Shown here piece after piece: positions 45,501 through 56,300 of a stretch of DNA of 64,000 nt (positions are counted from its first letter, which is position 1; every line of letters starts with the position of its first letter). The position numbers were made by a program, and so were the translations under genes. A model generated the notes under the pieces. That model was not told the DNA's origin. It made no database searches and saw only the letters and a list, made by a program, of their open reading frames with translations. This DNA comes from Mayamaea pseudoterrestris (Eukaryota), in contig BROI01000008.1 of assembly GCA_027923505.1 (NCBI GenBank), positions 558,001-622,000 on the forward strand, in the 5' to 3' direction.

Positions 45501-47078
45501 ATGGCATCCAAGAACAATGATGCGTCCGACGCGCACGCCGTTCGAAACAGCCTCAAGGTTTTGCTCGTGCGACACGCCGAGTCTCAAAACAATGAAATTT
45601 ATCGCAACGCTAGATATATATATCGAGGAGGCACCAAAGACTTTGACTTGCAGGGCTGGACTAGCTACGTGGACGCGCATCGATCAGCGGACCCAGGGTT
45701 GAGCGAGATTGGAGTCGAGCAAGCCGATCGATTAGCGGAATACTTGGTTCCATACCTGCAGACGCATGCGGCATCACCCGTGTCTGTAGTCTGTTCGCCC
45801 ATGCGACGGACTTTGGAGACAATACGTCCGGCCATACAGAAGCTGCTAACAAAGAGTAGCAATGAAGGAGGTGCAGGCACTCGGCTGGTGCCTCAAATGC
45901 TTGTCAATGCCTTTTACTTTGAGAGTGAAGGTTGTCATACCAAGGACAAGGCCGAATGTGGCATGACTCCGGCACAGATACGGTCTACTCTCATGGAAGC
46001 AAGCATTATGCAAAATGCGGATGACGCGCGAGTTGATTCATGCGACAATTCAATGTCACCCAACTACAACGACGACGACGACTCAGCTCCATGCGACTGG
46101 CTTAGGTTTACCGGCTTTTCCGATGCATCCAAAGGCTGGTACGCTCATGGGAAGGCAGCCGAAACGCGCGCCGAAAGCGAAGTACGTGCTGCCAAGTTTT
46201 ACGTCTGGCTTCTGGAGCATTTGGATCAACAACTTCAGCACGTGGGCAGGATCGAATTGAATGACACGATGTCCAATGATGCATTATCATTGTCACCCGC
46301 GCAACAGCAGCAAGCAGGTCGTAGAAACAGACGAACGACTGTGCTCGTCGGTCATGGAGATTTCATGTCGCTAGTACTTAAGCGAATCGTTGCTGGGTTT
46401 GGCCATGCCGTCGAGACGGAAGGTATTCCGCATCGGTCAGCTTTTGTTCACTTTAACACTGGGATTACGGAGTTGGAATATTTTGGAAAAGGCCGCTTTC
46501 TACTAATGGGCCAAAATCATACACCACAGTTTAAAGTCGATGAATATGACCGCTTGCGCACGGGCGGGAGCTTGAAAGATGGATGGAGCTATTTGATGCC
46601 CAACGACAAATTTTTGCTGGACGCCGAAGTCTCCGTTTCATTTTCGGATGAACTGGAAGGTCATGTCATTGAACAGGCAACAGCTCTGAAAGCACTATAT
46701 TTGTCAAGTGAAGCTTCCGATAGATTCCACGCTGATAATATGCGCTATTCCGTGGAGCACCAGGACGACGCACTGGCTTCCGAGCGCAGTAGTCAGGTGA
46801 AGCATTTTATCGTCAAACACGGCCTGCAAGTTGTTGGAGTGGCCAGCTACAGCGAAGCTACCGGACGACTTTTTGATGTTGCTGTGCGGCCATCAGCGGA
46901 ACACAAGGTGAGCGAGACTTTATTTGATGCGGTCAAGCAGTATTCTAAAACGCTTGGTCGATCAAGCAGTCTTCTCATCACGCCAAGGTCAACAGATAAT
47001 AAGAAACTTTTTGAGAGGATGGGATTTGAGGAACTGGGAGACAATGCCAGCTCTGATACAATGCAACTAAAGCATTAG
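45501..47078 (+). CDS. Histidine phosphatase (PGM-like) fused to a C-terminal GNAT acetyltransferase-like domain
   Basis: LLVRHAESQNN, CSPMRRTLET, VLVGHGDF and HFNTGITEL. The C-terminus is VVGVASY...LFDVAVRPS...KKLFERMGFEE. Confidence 0.8.
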   Translation: MASKNNDASDAHAVRNSLKVLLVRHAESQNNEIYRNARYIYRGGTKDFDLQGWTSYVDAHRSADPGLSEIGVEQADRLAEYLVPYLQTHAASPVSVVCSPMRRTLETIRPAIQKLLTKSSNEGGAGTRLVPQMLVNAFYFESEGCHTKDKAECGMTPAQIRSTLMEASIMQNADDARVDSCDNSMSPNYNDDDDSAPCDWLRFTGFSDASKGWYAHGKAAETRAESEVRAAKFYVWLLEHLDQQLQHVGRIELNDTMSNDALSLSPAQQQQAGRRNRRTTVLVGHGDFMSLVLKRIVAGFGHAVETEGIPHRSAFVHFNTGITELEYFGKGRFLLMGQNHTPQFKVDEYDRLRTGGSLKDGWSYLMPNDKFLLDAEVSVSFSDELEGHVIEQATALKALYLSSEASDRFHADNMRYSVEHQDDALASERSSQVKHFIVKHGLQVVGVASYSEATGRLFDVAVRPSAEHKVSETLFDAVKQYSKTLGRSSSLLITPRSTDNKKLFERMGFEELGDNASSDTMQLKH

Positions 47079-47148
47079 TCTTGCTTATCTTAAATTATAC
47101 ATGTACTATGTAGTGCAGTGGATCACTCTCACCACTTTAAGGGATCAG

Positions 47149-49774
47149 TCAGTCAAAGTCATCAACATCGTCGTCGCCTATGATCATCGTTCCGCTGCCA
47201 CTCCGTACCATCAAGCCGCCCGACTCTGACCATGTCGAATCAGAATCGACATCCGATTCACCAGCCAGAAACGTCCCATCGTGCTCATCGGCACTATCAA
47301 CCCGAAGACACTTAAGATTGGGAAGCTCATTTTGGAGTGTAACCAAATGACGCGAATTATCGATACCTCGGCAGCCATAAATGGCCAGCGATTGGAGTTG
47401 AACAAGTCCCGAGAAAAAGCTCAACGCTGTCGAGGTTATTCTCGTATTTGAAAGATTCAAAGTCTTGAGTTTAGTTAGCGCTCCCAAAGCCACGGCACCG
47501 CGATTAGTAATTCTGTTATTCTGAGCAAGGTTCAGCGTTTCCAACTTGTCCAGCTTTGCTAGCTCTCTACAACCAAAATCTCCTACGCCGCCACCACAGA
47601 GCTCAAGGGACTCTGCAACGTGATTAACAATTAGAATCATCACAATCATCCCCAAGCATGCTCGCCATATTGCATCTTACCAAGAGATGTGATGTTAGCA
47701 AGGTGTCCGCATCCTATATCGGTGATCCGCCCAGCAAAGACATCCAGACACTTCAGCTTCTCGAGGTTCCTTAAAGGAAGCAAACCATCATCTGTGACCA
47801 ATCTACAATCCAAGTTCAACACCTCTAGATCAGTCAGTTGAGACAAATGTCCTAGGCCAGCATCCGTGATGTTGCAACAGAAAAGCGATAGGCGCACTAG
47901 CTTGCGAAACTTGGCGATCTTGGCCATTCCCGCATCCGTCAAATCGTTACAATCGGCCATATCAAGAGACAGCAAGTTTGGACACACATCATTATCAGCC
48001 AGGTATGTAATTGCTACATCACCGACATCGCAAGAGTCCAGATTCAATTCCTCAAGTGCAGGAAGTGTCGTAAATCGGAGAAGGTGCGCGTTTGAAACTG
48101 CCGAGTAGCGCAAGTCCAAGACTTTCAAACTCTCGACACGCCCTTGAAAACGGGCCCGCCTGTACATGCAAATTGAAAGACATGCTTGAGAGACAACTTA
48201 TTATCAGTGACACTCACAAACAAAATGTCTGTGACTTACAAGATACCAGGGCAGTACGAAGCGTTTAAGTTTGTCAGATGCATTAATCGTCCGACGGTTG
48301 TCGCCAACGCTGAGCTCGAAATGTTGTTGCACCCATTCATGTCAAGTTGTTCCAAAGCCTGTAATCGCCCAATAAATTCCACGCCAGTGTTGGTGATTGC
48401 ACACCGAGCCACATTCAAGACGCGTAAATTGCGCTCGCGATGCGGTTGGCGAGTGAAATAGTCCATGCCCGCATCAGTGATGCGTCGACACCATCCAAGA
48501 CTCAGTTCCTCCAATGCACTAAGATTCTCAAGACTCTCGAGTCCCTCATCAGTAATGAGATCACAGCGACTAATATCCAATCGACGAAGACTGCACAAGT
48601 CTTCGATTGCTTTCATTGAGCGGTCAGTTAGGCATCGACATCCCCCAAGAAACAAATTTTCGAGACTTAGCAAGTGCGAAATGCTGATCACAGCCTCGTC
48701 CGTCAAACGACGGCAGTTGAAGAGCGAAACAGTATGCAGCGACATTGATGATGAGCAAACCAAAAGTCCGTGTCCGACGAGCGAATGGCAGCTGCCCAAC
48801 CTAACTTCCTTCAGACAATTCAAGCCTGTCAGCTGCAAAAGACCATGATCAGTCAGATGCTGCGACCCTCGAAGATCCAGAACAGCTAAATTTGAAGCTG
48901 CACTTGTTTGCCATCCATTAACCTTACTTTGTAGCTCACAGGGAGGTTGAGTATCCTCCATTGGATGATCTTCATAGGCCGAGACGAATGACGTGTCCGA
49001 GTTCTGCGAAGACTCCTCGATTGAGAGTTTTGGCGACTCAAGAACCAAGTCCTCTATTTCCATCTCGTTCACCGGCGAAGCCGATTGTACAGCGGGCGAA
49101 GAGTGATGGCTTCCATTCGGCGTGTTCCAATTTCTGAGCCATTCATCCGTTACCAGACGGCAATGAGCCAGGTTTAAAGAATGAAGCTCACAATTGCGGA
49201 GGGCGTGTAGCGTAGTCGCATTCAAAGCTGAATGACCGATAAGTGAGTTGACAATATCGTCCACAACTTCTTGAGGTATTCCATGAGGAAGTTCATCGTG
49301 GTAGAGCGTGAGGTTCTTGCAAAGAGTGTTTAAAGCAAGGTTTGCTAGTGACTTCGGCGAGTAAAGTCCGTTAGCCGTCGTGTAGTATTCATCGGCCGTA
49401 TACAGACCGACAATTGTCTCGTCAGGAACCTGAGAGTCAAAGATTGGTTATTACGGGTTAATGGCCTTTAGCTTTATTGAAACGAAGGAAAATCTCAAGA
49501 TACTGCAACATCATGTCATAATAGACCTACCGCAGAAGACACCGAATGGCGTAATGGCCGTCGCACTGATCCATGTACTGCCGTCCGCATGGTGCCACGA
49601 TCTGTTGTCTGGGACTGCAGAAATAGTGGAAGGATGAGACAGCAGCTTCAATAGAACATGGAAATCCGAGTTGACACTCGGCTGAAACTGAAGTTTCGGC
49701 GAGCTTACCCTCGATCCGTTTCTAGCTGGAGCAGCTGATTCACTTTGTCTTTTTGAAGAGCAAGCACTTCCCAT
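47149..49774 (-). CDS. Cysteine-containing LRR (AMN1/FBXL14-like) protein with N-terminal myristoylation/palmitoylation signal
   Basis: Exons 49774-49709, 49614-49531, 49429-48240, 48159-47681 and 47612-47149. Starts MGSACS and carries many LxLxxCxxITDxG repeats. Confidence 0.85.
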
Positions 49775-50113
49775 CATCCATGCTAGTCGTGCTTTCCAAG
49801 TCAAGTCTAAAGAGGGCAACACGTTTGACAGGATCGAAAGTCCAAAGGAAGATCTCGCACAGAACTTGGTTGACGCATCAAGCTCTCATCCATCGCGCGC
49901 TCGATGTGACGCCCCATCGTCATTCGTCGACTATTGCCCCACCACGGAAACGACTATATTTGAAACGTCCTTTCATCGCTGCGTTACTCGGAGACAGGCT
50001 CGCTCCCGCAACTCGTTTTCGATCACATTTTCGTCGAGCGAGCAACTTCCGACACGACCAAGCAGTCCTCGCACAAGGCAAGTTAGAGCGTTTACGACGC
50101 TACAACATCAATA

Positions 50114-51721
50114 ATGAGGCGTATACAATTAAAAACAACAATTGGAGCCTTTTTTCTGTGTCAGAGGACTCGAGCAAGGTCATGGAGAGAGATTGTTCCA
50201 CTGCACGACACGGAACTTCCAGACCATCAAGGTCAAGTGTTCCTCGCTGAGCCGGACGCCCTTGTCACACATACTTCTGCGCCTACAATGAAGCCAATTA
50301 CTCTAACTCCAACCAGAGGGCCCACATTATATGTAGAGACTACGGCTTATCCATCTTATCCGTTGCCGCTGCAAACAGCTCCGCCATTGGCCTCTGTCCC
50401 CATGCCAATGGACTTGACTCCAGCACCGACAAACGCCCCATCCACAGCAGCATCGGTGTCACCGACAAACTTATATCCTCCTGTTAATCCTCCACTCGAT
50501 CCGGATCCTTGGTTTTTCAACTATGACACTCGTCGATCAAGCAAGTATGGACCAGGCTATCCGAGCTTGCAGGATATTAATGGCTCGCCCATAATGGGAT
50601 ACAACAATAATGCATGGGGACAAGTGGAGAAACAACCATATTCATATTGGGAAGAATTTACCGATAATGGGTTCGGGCCTTGGCAAGGTGTCTTGCAGAA
50701 TCGAGATATTTTGCGCAACATGTGCGGCCGGGTCGGTATGCAAAGTCCAGTCGATATTCGACCGAGCGGTGGAGCTGTGTGTAGGGAGCACCATGAAATT
50801 CGAACAAGGGTAAGTAGTGGGAGCATACTGTACATATAAGAACGATTGAATTCCCCAGTTCGCTCACGCGTTGATGGATCTGCTTCCCAGCCAGGGGACT
50901 TTCGTTTGAGGACGCCAAGTATCATGAAACAGATTCTGCCCACGAAGCTACGTCTGTTGTACCAGCGACGAAATTGTGCGGACCTCAGTGATCCACATTG
51001 TGCGCAGCCTGATCCTCCTAAAGGTGACTTCCCCAGCGGATGGGGTGGCTTTGCAGATGTGTTGCATGTCGATTTTAAGGTGCCAAGCGAGCACATGTTA
51101 AATGGCGAGCGTTTCGACGGAGAAATGCAGATTGTGCATTTAAATCCGCAAGTCCAGCGTCTAGCAATACAGGTTGCGTTGATAAAGGCAACAAACTCTG
51201 GCTTTAACTACTACTTTGAGCAAGCACTGCAGGCTTTCGAGGAGCAATACCAGGCAGACCAAGCTGAGTGCTTGCAAGGCTTGCAACGTGAACGCAATTT
51301 GAATTCACATGGGAACTATAACTTGACAGATGAATACTATATGAACGCAAGTAATTATACGACCGATGAGCAGAAGTCTGGACGTCGCATGCAAAATTCT
51401 CCTTCCATCGGTGTATGGGACCCGCATCATGAGATGCTGGTGCCAAGCATATATTTTTGGCGGTACGATGGTAGCTTGACAGAGCCTCCATGTGGCGAGT
51501 TTGTTACCTGGTTTATCTCGGACAAGGTGATGAAGATCAGCAAAGACCAACTGCGTCGGATGAAACATGTGCTATTTACGCACATTGACCAGAAATGTGA
51601 GCCGACAAGTGTTCAATTTGACGAAAGCGTTGCACGTCCAGTTCAAGCCACAGCAGGGCGACCAGTGTGGCATTGTACACAAGATGACTTTGCCGCCGAC
51701 ACTGGAATTATTACGTCTTAA
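50114..51721 (+). CDS. Alpha-carbonic-anhydrase-like protein, probably secreted and acatalytic
   Basis: Exons 50114-50809 and 50891-51721. QSPVDI, PSEH, GEMQIVH, YDGSLTEPPCGEFVTW and ARPVQ, preceded by a Pro/Thr-rich linker. Confidence 0.88.
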
Positions 51722-51761
51722 AGTACTGATGTTATTGGCGACTGTGTTAAATCTCCAACTC

Positions 51762-52964
51762 TCATTTCTTCTTTTGTAGCTTGTCAAGGACGGGGCCTGC
51801 GCGTTTGTTCTTACCCAGAACAACAACTTTCTCCAAAGCCAAGTCCACTATAGCGACACGATGTATATCCCCATCCACCACGACGGTGCTTACCAAAGCT
51901 AGCTTTGCCGCCGTGTTGAGTCCTCTCACGAAACCGGAAACATCGTAGGCCGACAACAATGCGAGCTGATTGGCACTTTCGCTGCATTCGATGCGCAGGC
52001 CAGCAAACGCATGGCATTCTTCCCTGGACGCATTGTAAAGCAAGAAATCGCTTCCAAACTTTGCGCCGCATGAAACTTCTAGTGTTTCTGCTTGATACAA
52101 GAGTTGGACAACCGCGTTCGCCGTAATATTGTAAATAGAGTCGTTGCTAATGGGCTGAAGTTGCCCAAGCGACCACGATTTTTCCTCATAAGCCACTCCA
52201 ATTGGATTGCTAACATTTACAGTACTAGGCTGAGCAAGTTTCGGCTGCATCCTCGTCCATGCTTCAGGATTTAAAATGTATGGCATAGTTCGCATATCTT
52301 CTGAAGCTCGAACATGTTCTGCCGACGCCATGTTTTGTTTGAGCAGCGACGCCCATTTCCTGGACAGTTCCTCGTCATACACGACGTTTAGTTTGGAAGC
52401 CACTGGATATCCAGGTAGCAATCCCTGCAGTGCCGCCTGCCTTGCGCTTGCAGGTGCGAGTGCCACTGGTGGTACCCCATCACGCAGCCCTTTCAACTCG
52501 GTGAGCTCATCAGCCATGAGTTTATGGTCAACATCGAGTTGAAAGTATTTCTCATTGTTCGCAAGCTCAGTTTTCAAGCAAGACGTTGACCTTTGATTGC
52601 TTTTTGCTTGCTTTTTACGTTCCTTTTTAAGATTGGCAGCCTCAAGTCTTGCTTGCTTCTTTTCGAAACTTGTCATTCGTCGTTCCAGACCAGTCTCATC
52701 ATCAATCACCGTGTACTTTACAAGTGGTTGTCGTGGAAGGCTGATACTACCCGCATTGTTGCTCTTGTCCACTGCTGCCGCAGTGCCGCCGTCTAGTTGC
52801 GTCTGTTGAAGAGCGCATTTGACAGTGTGACTACTTGGTCGAACACGACGAACGAGGCCTATGTAGGTTGGCGGAAAGCGATTAGCAGCGAGTCTTCTTG
52901 ACAAAGAAGCCGAGTAAATTATGGCTGACGAAGATATGATTGACTTATCAACGTTGTTTGACAT
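51762..52964 (-). CDS. tRNA-splicing endonuclease catalytic subunit (Sen2/Sen34-like)
   Basis: C-terminal CGAKFGSDFLLY...CHAF...FVRGLNTAAK, with the Tyr-His-Lys triad pattern. Confidence 0.8.
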   Translation of the reverse strand: MSNNVDKSIISSSAIIYSASLSRRLAANRFPPTYIGLVRRVRPSSHTVKCALQQTQLDGGTAAAVDKSNNAGSISLPRQPLVKYTVIDDETGLERRMTSFEKKQARLEAANLKKERKKQAKSNQRSTSCLKTELANNEKYFQLDVDHKLMADELTELKGLRDGVPPVALAPASARQAALQGLLPGYPVASKLNVVYDEELSRKWASLLKQNMASAEHVRASEDMRTMPYILNPEAWTRMQPKLAQPSTVNVSNPIGVAYEEKSWSLGQLQPISNDSIYNITANAVVQLLYQAETLEVSCGAKFGSDFLLYNASREECHAFAGLRIECSESANQLALLSAYDVSGFVRGLNTAAKLALVSTVVVDGDIHRVAIVDLALEKVVVLGKNKRAGPVLDKLQKKK

Positions 52965-53085
52965 GATACTGTGAACAGAAAAAGGTGGATGATGCGAAAC
53001 TCGAGTGAGTGATGATGCTCATTCAAATTTTGTTGTCGAGAGTGGAAACGATGTCGGTTCGGGACTCAGGACGACGTCCATCAAC

Positions 53086-53353
53086 TGTTGATGCCTCTAT
53101 GGGGAGACACTAGGAATGATCAAAACGATTGACGTGAATTATTATGAGCGGCAATTGTCGCACTGCCTGCCGAGTTCTATCGCTACTTGTGACCGGTGGG
53201 AACCTCGGTTGGCTCGCTGATCTAACCGGCTGTCGCTGAGGCATAACTAAAACACATGTGCTAGGCAACGGTGGAGGCTTCACTTAGGTGGAAGCCGAGC
53301 CAGTGCAGCTTCCTTGGATACCGGATAAGGAACCCGGAAGTGGAGTATCAACA
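53086..53353 (-). repeat. 3' LTR (268 bp)
   Basis: Identical by eye to 58644-58911. Preceded on the sense strand by the short PPT-like CCAGGGTG (53361-53354). Confidence 0.97.
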
Positions 53354-56300
53354 CACCCTGGCAAGGAAGGTGTCTCGGTAGAGACTGTTGCCTTGGGAGG
53401 ATCCTTTACGTAACGGGAGCGCATCTTGCGGTGATGAACTGCAGGATGGTGCTTGGTAAAGTAATCCGCTAAATTGTCGCAGCCGCGGCGCCAATGGAGA
53501 ATAAATTGGCCTTGAGCGATGCGATCTTTGATCCAGTAGAAACGCATGTCCATGGCTTTGGAGCGCTTGTGCTTGACGGTTCCGTTGGCAATGCCAGCGG
53601 CACAGCTATTGTCTGTTTGAATGGGCGTTGGCGGTTGAGGATGGCCGAGCTCTTCAAGTGCTGTGCGGAAAACGGTGGCGTCTTTGGCACAATGGAAGGC
53701 GCCGCCTAGCTCCGCCTTGGCGGCGGAGGAGACAACGCATTTTAATAGCTCGCATCCAACATGGATCGCTCCATTTTCAGGAGGAGGAGGAGCATCAGGA
53801 GATGGTGCTTTCAATGATTCCGCTGGCATGGAGCTGAGGAAATGGAAAGCAGCGATGCGAGAGCGGGCTTTTGCAGCCGTCAAGTAGGAGGCGTCGGTGT
53901 GACAATGGAGGACCATATCACTGGCGTGAAACACAAGAATGGCATCTTGATGACTGGCGGCGTAATCAAGGAATTGAATTAAAGCTTTCTCAGTCTTCTT
54001 GGTGCCTTTGGCCTGTGCCGCTCCGAGTTCATTAACGGCCGTTAGCATGGTATTGTCAATGGCGCGTCCATAGAATAGAAACTTGCCGCAGACTCGCTGG
54101 ATAATGACGCGGCCTTCAGGTGGAAGGGGATCTGTGCAATCATCATCAACATATTGTTGTTTGGCGCCATAGACTGGGGCAGTCCATGGATGAGGCGAAT
54201 CTTGGGGCTTGGACGGCGGCGGATGCTGGAGCTCGTTCAAGGCAGTGGCGACGTAATTGGGCATGCTCATCTCAAGTATGCGCTTGTCATAGTCCCACTT
54301 GAGTGTCATGCCACAGAAGCGGGTGCCTGCGCGATCGACTGTAATGGTATACTGAGAGCGGAGGACGTCAAGTAAGTGCTCGGCGTGGTCGTCTCCAACG
54401 TAGCGGATGCCGAAGTCGTCAACAATGAGCGCAAAGGCAACTGGACGAGTCTTGTGCTTGAAGAGACCAGGAACATGTTCAGAGTCATTGTAACCATTGG
54501 AGCGAAGGAGCTTGCGTAGTCGTAAATAGGAGAGGTAACCAGCTTGTTGTAATCCGTAAATCGTGTTGCTGAGTTCCGCTACGACGTTTCCTTTGCGTTC
54601 AATTTGGGCGATATTGTATTCTGCCTTGATGCATTCGGGTAGAAGGCGAACGGGGATATTCATGTACTCTTTGTCAGGCATTGGTGTACCGAGGTAGAAG
54701 TTGCTAATGTCGGCTGCCATGAATTTTGCTCCTGGGGTGGAGAGCACGCTGTTGAGAAGGAGCTTGACAATGGGTATGTCGGCGCACGGAGACGCTGTGG
54801 TGCCTTCATAAACAAGCTTGTCACCGCCTGCTGTAATGCGAACGCGGTGCTTTTCAACTTTGTCGGGTTTAATGGCGACGACGACGCGAGGATAAGTGAC
54901 TTTGCGCCCGGCAGGAACGGCGTTCGGGCTGATGAGTTTCATGGTATTGGTCCCTTTGGTGTCGTGCTTGGCGCATCCTTGAGCCAGGCGGCCGATTTCC
55001 ATGGCCATGCCTCTGTCCCATTTTGCAGCATCGGGGCCCTTGATGAGGTGGCGATACTCGAGAGCGGCGCCGGTGACTGGATCAATAACGGTGTTGGCTT
55101 GGAGCTTTTTGGCCGACGGACAACTGATGCCACGCGCGCCGCGAGTGACGCGTTTGGAGGCCGTATAATCAGCCTGTGTGACGCCAACTGGAAGGTAAGT
55201 CGTTGCTTTGGTGCTCTTGTAGGGACTGGAACGACGGAAATTGGATCCTTCGTTGGCAGTGAGCTGGGCGAGGCGGGCGGCCTGATCCTTTTTCTGCAGG
55301 CGGCGCCGCTGCGCAGGATTCTTCGTTCGACTGACATACGTCCAGGGCTCGTCGGATGATGTATGGTCCAAGTTAAAACGGACGCGAGCGACGGTGGGCG
55401 CCATGGTGGATTCGGCCAAAGGATCGGCCGCGGCCACCCTGGGAGGTGTCGCATCGGTGGTTGAAGTAGGTGCGTTCGCGTTCGCATCCGGCACCCTGGG
55501 AGGTGTCGCAGTGGTGAGGGAAGGAGGTGCGTTCTCGTCTGCCACCCTGGGAGCTGGCGCAGTGGGCGCTTCTGTAGCTGGAGCGGGCTGAAAAGGCAAT
55601 TGTGATGGGGCCGCCGCTTCTGGTATGCTTTGTGGATCGGCATGAGGCGTTGGCGTGGCGGAGTCGGCGGTTGCTGGTGTCGGAGCGCCAACCTGAGTGG
55701 CTAGTGCCGCGGCGACACGCCGGAGCTCCTCCATGTGGCCAGCGTCGCTGGCAGCAACGGGACCACCTGTGGCGGACCAATTGCGTAGAGCACTTGTCAT
55801 GTCTTTAACTGCTGCGAGGAGGAGTTCCTGGTTGGAGGCGACTGGCATATTTGTCTGAGTAGGAAACCAGGCAAGGGTGTCAGCAATGCGTTCGGCATTT
55901 GTGTCGGTTGCATACACTCGATAGCAGCGGTAATGCTCAAGAGCTGGACCAAGATAATAACCATCAACACCATGAGGTGTGTGCGAGGCGCGGATGCTTG
56001 GTTTTTCATGTATGATGACTCGTGTGCCAGCGGGCGCGAGCGGCGTTTTGTTAAAGTCAAATGCGCCATGGAGCTGCGCGTGGGCCGAGAGCTTTGGATT
56101 GATTCTGGAGCCTCTTAAAAGATTAAGAGTCAAGACGCATTGTGGTAGCAGCTTGTCCCAAAGGTGCAATGGAAACTTGGGATCCGTGCCGCAAAGGGTC
56201 GCCGTGAAGTGATTGATGAACGTGCGAATGGCGCGCTCTGCAGCATTACGCCGATGAATGTGAGGCGGAGCAAGCTGGTAATCAACTGATTCAGACGCCA

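Noticed and set aside
49753..50250. 165-aa ORF across the LRR/CA divergent promoter
   Set aside because: Non-ATG start, overlaps both neighbours, and has no motifs.
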